A stretch of 63,986 nucleotides of DNA, counting the filler, from Octopus bimaculoides (Eukaryota): NCBI RefSeq assembly GCF_001194135.2. It is 5 parts of 5 records of this genome, joined end to end, with 100 filler letters (N's around TTAATTAATTAA, not from the genome) between each part and the next. Parts side by side here need not be neighbours in the genome. Positions count along the whole stretch, not along the records: positions 1 to 14,504 come from NC_068987.1; positions 14,605 to 29,762 come from NC_069002.1; 3 more parts are not named here. The stretch is one strand, 5' to 3'. The first letter of the stretch is position 1; each line of letters begins with the position of its first letter. Both the position numbers and the translations under genes were made by a program. The notes under the pieces were generated by a model. It saw nothing but the letters and a program-made list of their open reading frames with translations, ran no database searches and was not told the origin of the DNA. This document shows, piece by piece, positions 12,121 to 23,253 of this stretch.

Positions 12121-12337
12121 TATTTGTGTTTGGCCCCCTCACTGCTTAACAATCGGTGTTGGTTTGTATACATCTCTGTTAACTTAGCAGTGTAACAGAT
12201 GTAAACAGAAAGAATAAGTACTAGACTTGCAATAACAATATAGTGAAGTCGATTTGCTCGACTCAACTCATTAAGGCGGTGCCCCAACATGACCACTGGC
12301 CAATGACTGAAGTAAGCAAAAAATAAAAGAATAAAAG
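12121..12337 (+). mobile_element. Diverged 3' half of SINE family A
   Basis: aacttagcagtg, agaataagtactag, gtcgatttgctcgact, aaggcggtgccccaacatg and aatgactgaa match the family A 3' half. Confidence 0.75.
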
Positions 12338-12504
12338 TATATGTATATACGCTTTTATATACTTTTATGTATTCTTATACACACACACGCACGCACACAC
12401 ACACGCATACACACATACACACACACACACGCACACACACACACTCACACACACATACGCATATATATCTCGAAATGGTAGCACCAAGTAGTGCTTAGGC
12501 ATAA

Positions 12505-12732
12505 GCAAAATTTAGGTTAATTAAAATATGTTTGTGACATCTCAGCTGCTAAAAGGCAAGATAACTCAAAACATCGATATCTGGAATTCCTGACAGATGG
12601 CGACACTGAAGAAACCGGATGTCTTCACACCTTTTTGCTATATGAGATATTCTCTCCGCGGCAACTGCAGCGAATTTGTCTTTTAGCAGTTGAAATGTGT
12701 CACAAACATATTTTAACTCACCTAAATTTTGC
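12505..12732. mobile_element. MITE-like element with about 55-bp terminal inverted repeats
   Basis: 12505..12559 (gcaaaatttaggttaattaaaatatgtttgtgacatctcagctgctaaaaggcaa) is an imperfect reverse complement of 12676..12732. The interior is non-coding. Confidence 0.7.
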
Positions 12733-13522
12733 CCATATATATGTATATATATATATATACATATATATANNNNNNNNNNNNNNNNNNNNNNNNNNNNNNN
12801 NNNNNNNNNNNNNNNNNNNNNNNNNNNNNNNNNNNNNNNNNNNNNNNNNNNNNNNNNNNNNNNNNNNNNNNNNNNNNNNNNNNNNNNNNNNNNNNNNNNN
12901 NNNNNNNNNNNNNNNNNNNNNNNNNNNNNNNNNNNNNNNNNNNNNNNNNNNNNNNNNNNNNNNNNNNNNNNNNNNNNNNNNNNNNNNNNNNNNNNNNNNN
13001 NNNNNNNNNNNNNNNNNNNNNNNNNNNNNNNNNNNNNNNNNNNNNNNNNNNNNNNNNNNNNNNNNNNNNNNNNNNNNNNNNNNNNNNNNNNNNNNNNNNN
13101 NNNNNNNNNNNNNNNNNNNNNNNNNNNNNNNNNNNNNNNNNNNNNNNNNNNNNNNNNNNNNNNNNNNNNNNNNNNNNNNNNNNNNNNNNNNNNNNNNNNN
13201 NNNNNNNNNNNNNNNNNNNNNNNNNNNNNNNNNNNNNNNNNNNNNNNNNNNNNNNNNNNNNNNNNNNNNNNNNNNNNNNNNNNNNNNNNNNNNNNNNNNN
13301 NNNNNNNNNNNNNNNNNNNNNNNNNNNNNNNNNNNNNNNNNNNNNNNNNNNNNNNNNNNNNNNNNNNNNNNNNNNNNNNNNNNNNNNNNNNNNNNNNNNN
13401 NNNNNNNNNNNNNNNNNNNNNNNNNNNNNNNNNNNNNNNNNNNNNNNNNNNNNNNNNNNNNNNNNNNNNNNNNNNNNNNNNNNNNNNNNNNNNNNNNNNN
13501 NNNNNNNNNNNNNNNNNNNNNN

Positions 13523-13563
<41 letters not shown>

Positions 13564-13597
13564 TACATACGTATATGTATGTATATATGTATGTATG

Positions 13598-13896
13598 TGG
13601 AGGGGCAATGGCCCAGTGGTTAGGGAAGCTCCGGCAGGGGATGGTGGCGAACCCTGCTGTACTCTTTCAGCACAACTTTCTCTCACTCTTACTTCCTGTT
13701 TCTGTTGTGCCTGTAATTCAAAGGGTCAGCCTTGTTACACTGTGTCACACTGAATATCTCAGAGAACTACGTTAAAGGTACATGTGTCTGTTCTGTTGAG
13801 TGCTCAGCCACTTGCACGTTAATTTCACGAGCAGGCTGTTCCGTTGATCGGATCAACTGGAACCCTCGACGTCGTAAGCGACGGAGTGCTAACAAC
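13598..13896 (+). mobile_element. tRNA-derived SINE family D, lacking a B-box
   Basis: A-box-like ggcccagtggttaggg. The 3' body (cctgtaattcaaaggg...gagaactacgttaa...ctcagccacttgcacgttaatttcacgagcaggctg...gtcgtaagcgacggagtg) is shared with 18638, and it ends aacaac. Confidence 0.85.
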
Positions 13897-14548
13897 ATGT
13901 ATGTATATATGTATGTATATATGAATGCATGCATGCATGCAAGTATGTATGTATGTATGTATGTATGCATGCATGCATGTATGTATGCATGCATGCATGC
14001 ATGTATGTATGTATGTATGTATGCATATATGTTTGAATTTACTTCTCTCATTCAAAACGCTGTTCCTGTATATATGTACGTAAGAACTGAGTGTTTTTGC
14101 TATCGATTATATGGATCGAAGACAAACTAGTGAGTATATCGTTATCAAAATTAAGATTAGCAGATGTGACTCGACATTTAATCTTGATTAGAAGAGAAAT
14201 CTCCAGGTTTATGAACCAAACAATAAGTTGTACAGTATTCAATGCTGCGTTCTTAGCCAAGAAGTAGAATAGATTCTACAGAATGACAACTAAGCAACTG
14301 AATTGTTCGTTATAAGTGGTGAAATCTTGGTAACTATTGGTTAGAAATCAAGAGTGTTAGAAGGTTAGTAACAATTGAGGTAAGTGAGAGACCAAGTGAA
14401 GAAAACGGATATTATAAGGAAATTAGAATGAACAGCGTGAAGGAGTCGAAATGGGAAGAAGCTGATTTGTATGGCCGATAATAAAGATGAAGTATATATA
14501 TATANNNNNNNNNNNNNNNNNNNNNNNNNNNNNNNNNNNNNNNNNNNN

Positions 14549-14560
14549 TTAATTAATTAA
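14549..14560. other. Artificial assembly linker TTAATTAATTAA inside an N-run
   Basis: The identical 12-mer is centred in N-runs here and at 29807, 58124 and 62814, and it carries stops in all six frames. Confidence 0.9.
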
Positions 14561-14604
14561 NNNNNNNNNNNNNNNNNNNNNNNNNNNNNNNNNNNNNNNN
14601 NNNN

Positions 14605-15561
14605 TTTAGGGTTAGTGTGTTCGGGTGTTTGGGTTAAGGATAAAAGTTAAAATTGAAGAAGTCGGGGTGGAAGGGGTGGGAAATTTCACAATGCCAATTT
14701 TTGGCAATTTTCCGGAACCTACGGAAAAATTACAAAACTAAACATATTTGGGAGAAAACGGGGGTGGACGGGCAAAAGTCTTTCCCCATGAAATCCCAGA
14801 GTACTTAAATTTCAGAATATTACTTTTGAATTTTTACAGATGATTGAAAATAGGTTAAAATGAAAAAAAAAATCAATTATTAAAACTCCTTTACTTCAAG
14901 TAGAAATGGAAATACTCGGTGTCCTATAAATAGAACACTGAGACAATGTGATACAGCTTATTTAATATTTTCATTTAGTGTCCTATTTATAGGAGAGTGG
15001 GACTTAATGGGGTTAAAGTCAGTTTTTTCCCTCTTTAATATGGAAAATGCAAGATGTCTATGAATTAAAAATGTATTTAAAATCACGTATATCAATGAGT
15101 CGACATATTCAAATTTCAGTAGCAGAATAAAACATTTCGAGATTGAATCTCGATAGACGAGTCGAACGCAAAATTACCAATATTAAAAATAAAATAAAAT
15201 ACAAAAATAAGATATACGGAATATGCAGACAGTGTTCGAACTTGCTGTATTGAAATTATATCAAAATATAAAAGTGCTAAAGATATTCATGTTGACAAAA
15301 GGCTCGAAAAGAAAAAAAGTTGTAAGCATATTTAATCAAATTTCATCTACCTTAAAAATTAACGCAATAATATTACTTCACAGATAATAGAGCGGGCTAA
15401 AAGTCACGCACCAAGATTAAAAGGTGGGCAGAAGTAAAGAATACGCACACCACCGGTTTTCGGTGTAACAAAAGCCCTAACCGAAGGTAAAGAATTCGCA
15501 CACTCGGTGTTTAGGGTTAGGGGTTTTGTTTCGCCGCAAACGAGTGGTGTGCATATTCTTT
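14605..15561. repeat. Unclassified repeat remnant with palindromes, sub-terminal inverted repeats and TTAGGG motifs (possibly Helitron/Helentron-related)
   Basis: Palindromes gtgtcctataaatagaacac (14919) and gtgtcctatttatagga (14978). Inverted repeat aaagaatacgcacaccac (15436) / gtggtgtgcatattcttt (15544) matches at 17 of 18 positions. Also caccggttttcggtg hairpin and ttagggttaggg (15511). The classification is a guess. Confidence 0.35.
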
Positions 15562-16170
15562 AATATATATTGCACATTTGAGTCATAAAAAAAAAGCGTA
15601 ATAGAAATGGAATTTCAAATGTTTTGGTGCGTGACTTTTGACCCATCCTGTATATACTTCTTAAAAGATACTTACTTACCTTTAGTAGATTATATGTCGG
15701 TACTCGGAGATTTTGTGTTCAACGAAGGTTTACAACCAATTTGTATAATAAATTTGAAAGCCAGACGGCCTATCCACTTGAGATATCTGGTTTAATCGGC
15801 GAAACAGCAGTGACCAGCAATTTAGTTCCTTTCATAATGTTTGTGTCGCAAGGAAACATAACTCTTACAAAATCAAAAAATTAGGAGAGTGGTTAGATCT
15901 CATTGGTTGAAGAATCCATTTAGATATTAAAGATTTCTATTGGTTACACACCAAAATCGTACCTGTCATTATGTTATATCTCACTGATTGAAGAAGTCAC
16001 TTAAATATTGAAGATTTTGATTGGTTACACCCCAAAATTATGTCTATCAATTAAATAAACTAAATTCATTAGGCATATACGGTAGTTGTAAAGTGCTGTT
16101 GAATTCATTACATAAAGTCTATGTCGACAAAGCAAGAGGGTTCAACGGGGCGACATCATTTCTAATTATT

Positions 16171-16380
16171 GGATTCAAATTTTGACCCAAGGTCAGCAGT
16201 TCTGAGGGAGAGCGTAAGCCGATTACATCGACCCTAGCAGTCAACTGGTATTTATTTTATTGACCCCGAAGGGATGTAAAAACAAAGTCGACCTCGGCAG
16301 CATTTAAGCTCCGAACATAAAGGTGGATGAAATGCTGCTAATCATTTCTGTTCGGTATGCTAACAATTCTACCAGTTTGC
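16171..16380 (-). mobile_element. SINE family E, reverse orientation, diverged
   Basis: gattacatcgacc, ttttattgaccccgaagggatg, aaagtcgacctcggcagcattt and taacaattctaccagtttgc. Confidence 0.75.
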
Positions 16381-16651
16381 TACCCCACGCTTCTAATTTT
16401 TGATTTCACATTTTGGCACGAGGTCTGCAATTTCAAGGGGAGAAGTATGTCGCTTTCTATTTCTGATTATCAACCTTCGTCAGTAAATAAAATTATACAT
16501 CCGCCTAAGCGCACACATCGGGAACATTTGTATTTTCAATTTTTAATTTAAGCTTAAGTTTTAGGGCNNNNNNNNNNNNNNNNNNNNNNNNNNNNNNNNN
16601 NNNNNNNNNNNNNNNNNNNNNNNNNNNNNNNNNNNNNNNNNNNNNNNNNNN

Positions 16652-16770
16652 AAATTCTGCGGCGGTCGACATTTCATCTATTCAGGGTCAATAAAGCAAA
16701 TAGTAGTCGCGTACTTGCATCGATGTAATCGACTTATTCTCTCTTGCAAGCATTGTGCCAAAATTTCAAA
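16652..16770 (+). mobile_element. SINE family E 3' part
   Basis: aaattctgcggcggtcgacatttcatctattcagggtcaataaa...gatgtaatcgactt. The 5' part is hidden in the gap. Confidence 0.6.
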
Positions 16771-17100
16771 TCGATATATCTTTCATTATAAAAGATTTTG
16801 AGCAAGATTTTTATAATTTGTTTTAAAGCCATTTCCGATCTTTGTACAGGTTTAAAAAAATTTAATATTTGAATATTTATTTTATTATTTTCTTCTTTTT
16901 TGTTTTGTTTGCATAAGTTCACGGAGAATTTTTGAAAAATATTATTTTATTACATTTTGAGGAAATTTCAATCGTTTATTTCCAAATGCTGGAAGTGGTA
17001 GGGAGTTCATGTATTGTAAAATTGTAAAAATTGCAAATAATAAAGCGTGAAAATCAGTCTAACTTTTAGATAGCTTTACGAACCGTTTTATGATTAAAAA

Positions 17101-17432
17101 GTTTGCTTTGCAAACACGTGAGGTTTCAAGTTCAGTCCCACGGTGCAGTACTTGGGCAAGTATCTTGTACTACAGCTCCAGACCTTGTGAGTGAATTTGG
17201 CAGACGGAAACTGTGTGGAAGCCTGTCGCATATTTGTTTGCGTGTGCTTGCATTTGTCCTCCAACAGGTGTTGGTGTGTTTACGTTCCCATAACTTAGCG
17301 GTTCTGCAAAGGAGACCGATAGACTATCTACCAGCCAAATACAAATACTGAAACCAATTGGGTAGATTAAACACTTCAAGACGGTGCTCCAGCATGGCCG
17401 TGGTGCAATGATTGAAACAGGTAAATGAATAA
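17101..17432 (+). mobile_element. Diverged SINE family A
   Basis: gttcagtcccacgg, cttgggcaagt, cagacggaaactg, taacttagcggttc and gacggtgctccagcatggccg. Confidence 0.8.
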
Positions 17433-17461
17433 ATATGAAATATATGTATGTACTATTGTGG

Positions 17462-17505
17462 TGTACCCACAGAATCCTGTCTCTATACAGGATTCTGTGG
17501 GTACA
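17462..17505. repeat. Perfect 19-bp-stem palindrome with a 6-nt loop
   Basis: tgtacccacagaatcctgt - ctctat - acaggattctgtgggtaca. Confidence 0.9.
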
Positions 17506-17523
17506 TCTGTGTTAATGTGAGTA

Positions 17524-17895
17524 CTAGCTGTTGGATCTGGCGTTGCTCGTGTTGGAGTTAAGCCCACCACTGACTTTGTATTGAATAAGCATTTCCTAAG
17601 AGACTATTCTATCGATTTTGTTGAAATTTTACACCTGAAAAAATGCAAAAGCTGCAGGAAAAATAACATCATTATGGGAATTTCCATTCAAATGCACAAT
17701 TGAGCTCACAAAATCAATGCCAACTGTGCATTATCAAGTTTTCGAAAAATTTCAGCTTTATTTGAACTTCATGGCATGTGATCTACCTATGTGAAAAAAA
17801 GTCATTAAAATCGGTTAGACAGTGTGGGAGGAGTTAGAGTAACCCCAAACACACACACAGACAGACAGATACTATTACATATTTATGTATATAGA
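17524..17895 (-). mobile_element. Non-autonomous Helitron-like element
   Basis: On the minus strand it starts A|TC (atctatatacataaa...) followed by (TCTG)n/(TG)n. It ends with a decayed GC hairpin (cgagcaacgccagatcc) and CTAG|T. This is the canonical TC...hairpin-CTRR layout at an AT target. Confidence 0.7.
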
Positions 17896-17992
17896 TATCT
17901 GTACGTGTGAGTGCCGATGTTGTGCATGTATGCAAGTGTAGAGGAATGGATGAATGTATCCGCGTATATGTATATAAGAATCCAGGTGCATA

Positions 17993-18217
17993 CACGATGG
18001 GTGATGCTGAAAAGTTGCTGGCTTTGGGTAAAAGAAAATACAGAAGGATCAGTTAATTATGATTTTATTCCACATATTCCCCTCTCAGATTCACACACAT
18101 TTATTGCAGGGGTCCTTCAGTTTTTCTAAGCCCTGTAAAAGAACTCAGAAGGCTGAACCTCCAGCCAGGCCTTTCGCGAGACCCTTAAATCCAGGAACTT
18201 TTCCCCACTCCTTCATA
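17993..18217. mobile_element. Mariner-derived MITE
   Basis: Imperfect TIRs gggtgatgctgaaaagttgctggcttt / aaatccaggaacttttccccactccttcata. The interior reads GEYVE* on the minus strand, like a mariner C-terminus. Confidence 0.65.
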
Positions 18218-18383
18218 GGTGTAGGAGTAGCTGTGTTGCAAGTAGCTTGCTTACCTACCACATGATTCCGGGTTCAATTCCACTGCGTAGCACCTTGGGC
18301 AAGTGTTTTCTACTATAGCTTCGGGCCGACCAAAGCCTTGTGAGTGGATTTGGTAGGCGGAAGCTGCAAGAAGCGCGTCGCAC

Positions 18384-18421
<38 letters not shown>

Positions 18422-18612
18422 ACCCCCTCAACATCGCTTGACAACCGATACTGGTGCGTTTACTTCCCCGTAACATTAGTGGTTCGGCAAAAGACACCGA
18501 TGGAATAAGTACTAGCCTTACAAAGAATAAGTCCTGGGGTCGATTTGCTCGACTAAAGGTGATGCTCCAGCATGGTCGAAGTCAAAATGACTGAAACAAG
18601 TAAAAGAATAAT
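18218..18612 (+). mobile_element. Full-length SINE family A
   Basis: Collinear with 3243..3682, including the internal (TA)(TG) tract and the tail. Confidence 0.9.
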
Positions 18613-18637
18613 AAAATATATTTATATAGGTAAAGAA

Positions 18638-18938
18638 GGCGCGTGACTAAGTGGTTAGGGTATTCGGATCACGATTGTAAAATCGTGGGTTCGATTCCTG
18701 GCGGTGTGCTATATCCTTAAGCAAGCTCTTTATTCTACGCTGGCAATAATGAATAGTACCTGTAATTCAAACGGGCCAACGTTGTCACATTCTGTGTCTC
18801 GCTAAATTTCCCTGAGAACTACATTAAGAGTACACGCGTCTGTGGAATGCTCAGCCACTTTCACGTTAACTTCACGAGCAGGCTATTCTGTTAATCGGAT
18901 CAACTGGAACTCTCGTCGTCGTAAGCGACGGAGTGTCA
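18638..18938 (+). mobile_element. tRNA-derived SINE family D
   Basis: A-box gactaagtggttaggg, B-box ggttcgattcctgg, and a 3' body shared with 13598. Confidence 0.8.
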
Positions 18939-19928
18939 GGATGAATGTGTTTATATATGTATGATGTATGCAAGCTAAATATCTCGGCGCAAAGAAAATT
19001 TTGTATAAACAAGAGTGGTCGGATAGGTGAATGTACATGTCTGTCTATAGATAATCCACCACGAGGACTATTATTTTCTTTGTATCTCACACGAACATCT
19101 CAGCCCTTGAGTCACTTAAGTAACTCTACAGCAAATAAATTATGCAACATATTGGATCTTCATTAGGAACTGAGATCTAGTTTTTCCGTTCGAACAATCA
19201 AAGCTATATATNNNNNNNNNNNNNNNNNNNNNNNNNNNNNNNNNNNNNNNNNNNNNNNNNNNNNNNNNNNNNNNNNNNNNNNNNNNNNNNNNNNNNNNNN
19301 NNNNNNNNNNNNNNNNNNNNNNNNNNNNNNNNNNNNNNNNNNNNNNNNNNNNNNNNNNNNNNNNNNNNNNNNNNNNNNNNNNNNNNNNNNNNNNNNNNNN
19401 NNNNNNNNNNNNNNNNNNNNNNNNNNNNNNNNNNNNNNNNNNNNNNNNNNNNNNNNNNNNNNNNNNNNNNNNNNNNNNNNNNNNNNNNNNNNNNNNNNNN
19501 NNNNNNNNNNNNNNNNNNNNNNNNNNNNNNNNNNNNNNNNNNNNNNNNNNNNNNNNNNNNNNNNNNNNNNNNNNNNNNNNNNNNNNNNNNNNNNNNNNNN
19601 NNNNNNNNNNNNNNNNNNNNNNNNNNNNNNNNNNNNNNNNNNNNNNNNNNNNNNNNNNNNNNNNNNNNNNNNNNNNNNNNNNNNNNNNNNNNNNNNNNNN
19701 NNNNNNNNNNNNNNNNNNNNNNNNNNNNNNNNNNNNNNNNNNNNNNNNNNNNNNNNNNNNNNNNNNNNNNNNNNNNNNNNNNNNNNNNNNNNNNNNNNNN
19801 NNNNNNNNNNNNNNNNNNNNNNNNNNNNNNNNNNNNNNNNNNNNNNNNNNNNNNNNNNNNNNNNNNNNNNNNNNNNNNNNNNNNNNNNNNNNNNNNNNNN
19901 NNNNNNNNNNNNNNNNNNNNNNNNNNNN

Positions 19929-19967
<39 letters not shown>

Positions 19968-20024
19968 TATATACATACATATATATACATATATATATAT
20001 ACGCGCACCCACACACACACACAC

Positions 20025-20056
<32 letters not shown>

Positions 20057-20168
20057 CTGTGTGTAAGACGACGTGAAAATTTGTACCATTAGCTGCGGGA
20101 TTCGAACGGGTTTACTGTTAACCGTATAACAATGCTAAATACTATAGCAAAGCGACATCATGTGTTTC

Positions 20169-20213
<45 letters not shown>

Positions 20214-21949
20214 GAAAATATAATATCATTATAGATACCCACGCAATAACTTTCACACTCAGTTTTGTTTATATATATATATATATATTCTTTTTAGAAA
20301 TACATCCATCTCTGTCTTTTCTTCTCTTGAACACTTTTCGTTTTTCACTGTATTCCGCTTCCTAATTTACACCCATAATGATTATTGGTCTCTAGCAGCT
20401 TCAAGGTAGATATGCTTCATTGATTAGCAGCAGTAAATATAGCAACTAATTGCCGTGCATGAAGTACTACTGTAAAATAAACTTAGGTCTTGTTTTGTCT
20501 GATTGAATGGCGTGAATAACTTGTATCATAACATTCTAGAATGGAAGGAAGCGCTTATATTTCCTTTGGCTCATATAAAATGCTTGCTTAATGTTTTCGT
20601 TTACCAAATCCTTTAGTATGCAAATACATTTCTGATGTTGCCTCACAAGATGAAAGGATCATCACCATCACTAAAAGACCGAATATATTTTTACTTTATT
20701 TCATAAAACCGTTCGATGCAAATATTGGGTTTCTAAGTGTTGGAAACGAGGCTATAAACAGGTTATTCCCCCCCCCCCCGTTTCATATAAATTTGTTCCG
20801 TTGCAAATATGTCACTCCTACACGTGTTTAATAATTACCCAATATATTTCAAGCATAAGACTAATTTTTACGAGTTTCTTCCGATTGTTGCAAATCTACA
20901 TTCATCTTGTAAAATGGTAATAACACTAAAACTGCTAATTTAACAAAACTATCGATATTAACAGCTCGTCCTAGCAGATCACAAGTTCTGTATTTATAAT
21001 CAGTTCATTGTGACCTTGGCTCAGAATAAACCAACTAAAAGGAATTGCTACCTTCATTTAAATCTCGGCTTCATATTTTCGGAAAACAGTTGTCGCTGTG
21101 AAAATGATACAGTAGCTTTATACGAAGCCGATCGAATATAGAATGATATTATTTGGATTAATTGGATTCGAAGTGCGTAATAACAGTAAGCTTCTCACAT
21201 TGGTTGTGTTTCTATAGCTATGTCTGACATAGTTAGAAAGCAAGATGGCGGTGTGCTGTGTCCAACAGTAAATCAACACAGTGGGAGGAGGTGTCTGAAA
21301 TACAAATCAGAGATTAACTGCATTAAATTTTGTAAACATTCTAACATTTCTCTGTGGAATATTCCACAGAGACAAATCGTAAATAATGGTAAAGATACAT
21401 TATTTTTTTCAATTCTCCTAACCAAAGTATATTTAATGGAATATTAATCTAGTGTGAAATGTGGACAGAGCAACAAACAGAATGTTTGATATAAAGAACA
21501 AGCTGGGCGTTGTGGGCTGAACTTGAACCTGAACTGTTAGATTATTTCTCTTTCAAATTTGATGGTGGCGGCGGCGGCGGCGGTGATGATGGTGTTCGAT
21601 CTTCGTCGTTCGACGAAGAGATATCATTTGTTCGATCAACTAAATTACTTGCTCCTGAATTAACGTATAAGTGGCCGAGTATTTCACAGACCTTTGTACC
21701 CTTAACATAATTCTTAAACAGAATCATTGTGACACAGCATGTGACAAGGGCGGATCCCTTTCAATTTTAGGTACAATCCAGGCACGGGCTTCTATGCAGT
21801 TTCTACGAACCCAATTTATGGTGTGGGTCGACACGAGAGCCATAGAAAATGATATTTTATAAACACTTACCATTATAAAAAAAGACGCCTTAATCAATGA
21901 AAAATATATTAACAGAGGAAAAAGTATTTACAGTAATAACAGAACCAAC

Positions 21950-22330
21950 CGTAAGAAATGTGACCTATCCAACAATGGAATGTGTGGAAATTTGGGAGAA
22001 ATATCGGAGTTCCTTTTGAAACAAAAGTAACTTCTCAAAGTAAGAAGTAATTTTACCTGTGCATTCGAATACCCAATTTATGAATTAACTTATTCAGGGT
22101 GTGAAGAAAAGTATATAGAGCAAACCGGGATGTTTTTAAGACAAAGAATGACTCTACATAGACATGAAAATCCAACGGAAAATGACCTGAGTGAACATAT
22201 GGACACATGTGTGGGTAAGAAACAACTTAATTTACAGTCTTCCTTTGTATCAATTTGTCTTCAACACTCCCTAACAGCAAAGTATCAATTAGGAAACTAC
22301 ATTCATAGCAAAATACCAACCACTTCGCCA
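21950..22330 (+). mobile_element. Second Penelope-like GIY-YIG endonuclease remnant
   Basis: The frame from 22052 reads FTCAFEYPIYELTYSGCEEKYIEQTGMFLRQRMTLHRH...LSEHMDTC, a decayed IY.L.C..C...YIG.T motif. Confidence 0.7.
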
Positions 22331-23071
22331 CAACTATGGGAAGCATAAGATACTACTACTGCTGCAACCACCACCACCATTACTACTACTACTACTACTA
22401 CTACTGATGCTGTTGTGGCTGATGCAGTCACTTCTACTAGCATCACAACTACCACGACTACTACACTACCATCGTTGCAACAACTTCTGTCACCTCTAAT
22501 ATACAATTACTCATACCATTGATTAATATCAGTATTGCCAACAAAGAACAATAGACCTTCACCACTGCTGCTACTATTGCCAACTGTTGCCACTGCTATG
22601 ACCACAGCAGCTATCAAAGAGAGACCAGCAACGGCAGATACGAAAATTTTGTAATAAAAATAGTCGTGAACTTTCAAAACTGTTATTATCAAAGATTAAT
22701 TTTTTATTTGACTTAATTCATTTCTACTTGCATGAGTACGGAGTCACTGCAATTGAAACCGGTAGCATCTTTTGATAAAAATGTAATAGCTTTTCCATTT
22801 TTTATTATTATATAGACTTCAAAGTATTTTCCATTTGTTTTTAATACGTCGATGTGTGTGTATGTGCGTATACGCGCGCGTCCGCACACACACACATAGA
22901 CAGACACACACACACACGTTATTTCTTGAAGTCTTCTGTAGGTGAAGCGTTTGTAATTGTGTTGGATTTTGTGTGATGTCTAGCTCACCTGCATATATTA
23001 TGTATACATCTGGCACATACACACACATATATATGCCGATAGATAGATACATACATAATACATATATAAGT

Positions 23072-23102
<31 letters not shown>

Positions 23103-23184
23103 TATATATGTATATACAAATATGTGTTTATACATTTGTATGTATATATATATATCTGTGTGTGTGTGTATATATATCTATGTT

Positions 23185-23253
<69 letters not shown>

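Noticed and set aside
14048-14470. Possible LINE remnant on the minus strand
   Set aside because: No diagnostic RT or endonuclease motif could be read.
15511-15522. TTAGGG repeats as telomere
   Set aside because: Only two units, internal, and embedded in another repeat.
20085-20160. Weak tRNA-like fragments (B-box gttcgaatccc on the minus strand; similar at about 39810 and about 49285)
   Set aside because: Too decayed to assign. Probably SINE heads, not genes.
21600-21619. 9-bp-stem palindrome tcttcgtcg-tt-cgacgaaga
   Set aside because: Short, with a 2-nt loop, and within chance for a 64-kb window rich in triplet repeats.
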